This document shows, one piece after another, positions 63,830 through 64,000 of a stretch of 64,000 nt of DNA. Location of the stretch: assembly GCA_937921235.1 (NCBI GenBank), contig CALFOQ010000028.1, positions 21,849-85,848 on the forward strand, written 5' to 3'. This DNA comes from an uncultured Atopobium sp. GTDB lineage: Bacteria > Actinomycetota > Coriobacteriia > Coriobacteriales > Atopobiaceae. The notes under the pieces are model-generated. The model worked only from the letters and a program-made list of their open reading frames with translations, ran no database searches and had not been told where the DNA came from. The first letter of the stretch is position 1. Every line of letters starts with the position of its first letter. The position numbers were made by a program, and so were the translations under genes.

Positions 63830-64000
63830 ATGCGTTGTCCAAAATGCGGTCACGAAGAGTCAAAGGTTATTGATTCTCGCTCATCTGAGAATAACGATGC
63901 CATTAGAAGGCGTCGCGAGTGCATGTCCTGTAAGTTTCGTTTTACAACCTATGAGCGCTTAGAAGAGATTCCTATCACCGTTGTGAAGAAAGACGGTCAC
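63830..64000 (+). CDS. nrdR: transcriptional repressor NrdR, N-terminal fragment (3' end outside window)
   Basis: Hand translation from ATG 63830 gives [57 protein letters not shown], the zinc ribbon and start of the ATP-cone. The ORF is absent from the track because it runs off the window. Confidence 0.93.
   Translation, partial: MRCPKCGHEESKVIDSRSSENNDAIRRRRECMSCKFRFTTYERLEEIPITVVKKDGH

Noticed and set aside
63765-63962. 65-aa ORF from the track at the nrdR locus
   Set aside because: It is in the wrong frame. Hand translation from ATG 63830 gives a textbook NrdR zinc-ribbon N-terminus that runs off the window and is therefore missing from the track.
1-64000. Search for mobile elements, prophage, toxin-antitoxin pairs, restriction-modification or other defence islands
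   Set aside because: No integrase, transposase, recombinase, phage structural, methyltransferase, nuclease or small paired ORF candidates were seen. tRNA-Asn is followed by a terminator and a sugar operon, not an integrated element.

Overview
This window is a core-chromosome segment with about 60 tightly packed, mostly plus-strand housekeeping genes. I found no integrase, transposase, phage, CRISPR-cas or obvious defence genes. Gene order is: truB' (5'-truncated), ribF, dnaG, sigA, tRNA-Asn. Then an mglBAC-type galactose ABC importer converges on galM-galK-galT, followed by a divergent LacI-family regulator and an orphan TagH/Wzt-like ABC ATPase. Next come pyrR-pyrB-pyrC-pyrK-pyrD-pyrF, mihF-gmk-rpoZ, thiI, comEA-comEC-holA and rpsT (minus strand). 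The remainder is lepA-dus-hemW, a membrane DnaJ paralog, dnaJ-mtaB-phoH-ybeY-dgkA-era-recO, rpsO-pnp, rnj-ftsK, a RodZ-like gene, yajQ-rimO-pgsA, a cinA-like gene, recA-recX, rny, a GHKL ATPase, spoVS, miaB-miaA-hflX, a DUF1624 gene and lexA (both minus), a LysM gene and nrdR' (3'-truncated). The backbone synteny (pyrF-mihF-gmk-rpoZ; rpsO-pnp...rnj-ftsK...pgsA...recA-recX...miaB...miaA...hflX...lexA / LysM-nrdR) is actinobacterial. RNase Y, SpoVS and the comE-holA/rpsT/lepA-hemW-dnaJ order are Firmicute-like. Together this points, by inference only, to a moderate-GC Coriobacteriia-type actinobacterium. Nothing here convincingly looks like a new multi-gene system. The items most worth a second look are: (1) a 221-bp phased array of six ~24-bp repeats (three direct, three inverted, 41-42-bp period) between the convergent mgl and gal operons; (2) a MutL-like GHKL ATPase plus SpoVS pair inserted between rny and miaB; (3) an orphan ABC ATPase with an N-terminal Ig/PKD-like domain; (4) a membrane-anchored DnaJ paralog where hrcA is usually found; (5) a shared 14-bp operator linking mglB, galMKT and the LacI regulator; (6) an SOS-box cluster in the lexA/LysM divergent region. 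All coordinates, motifs and hairpins were read by eye, and no database search was run.
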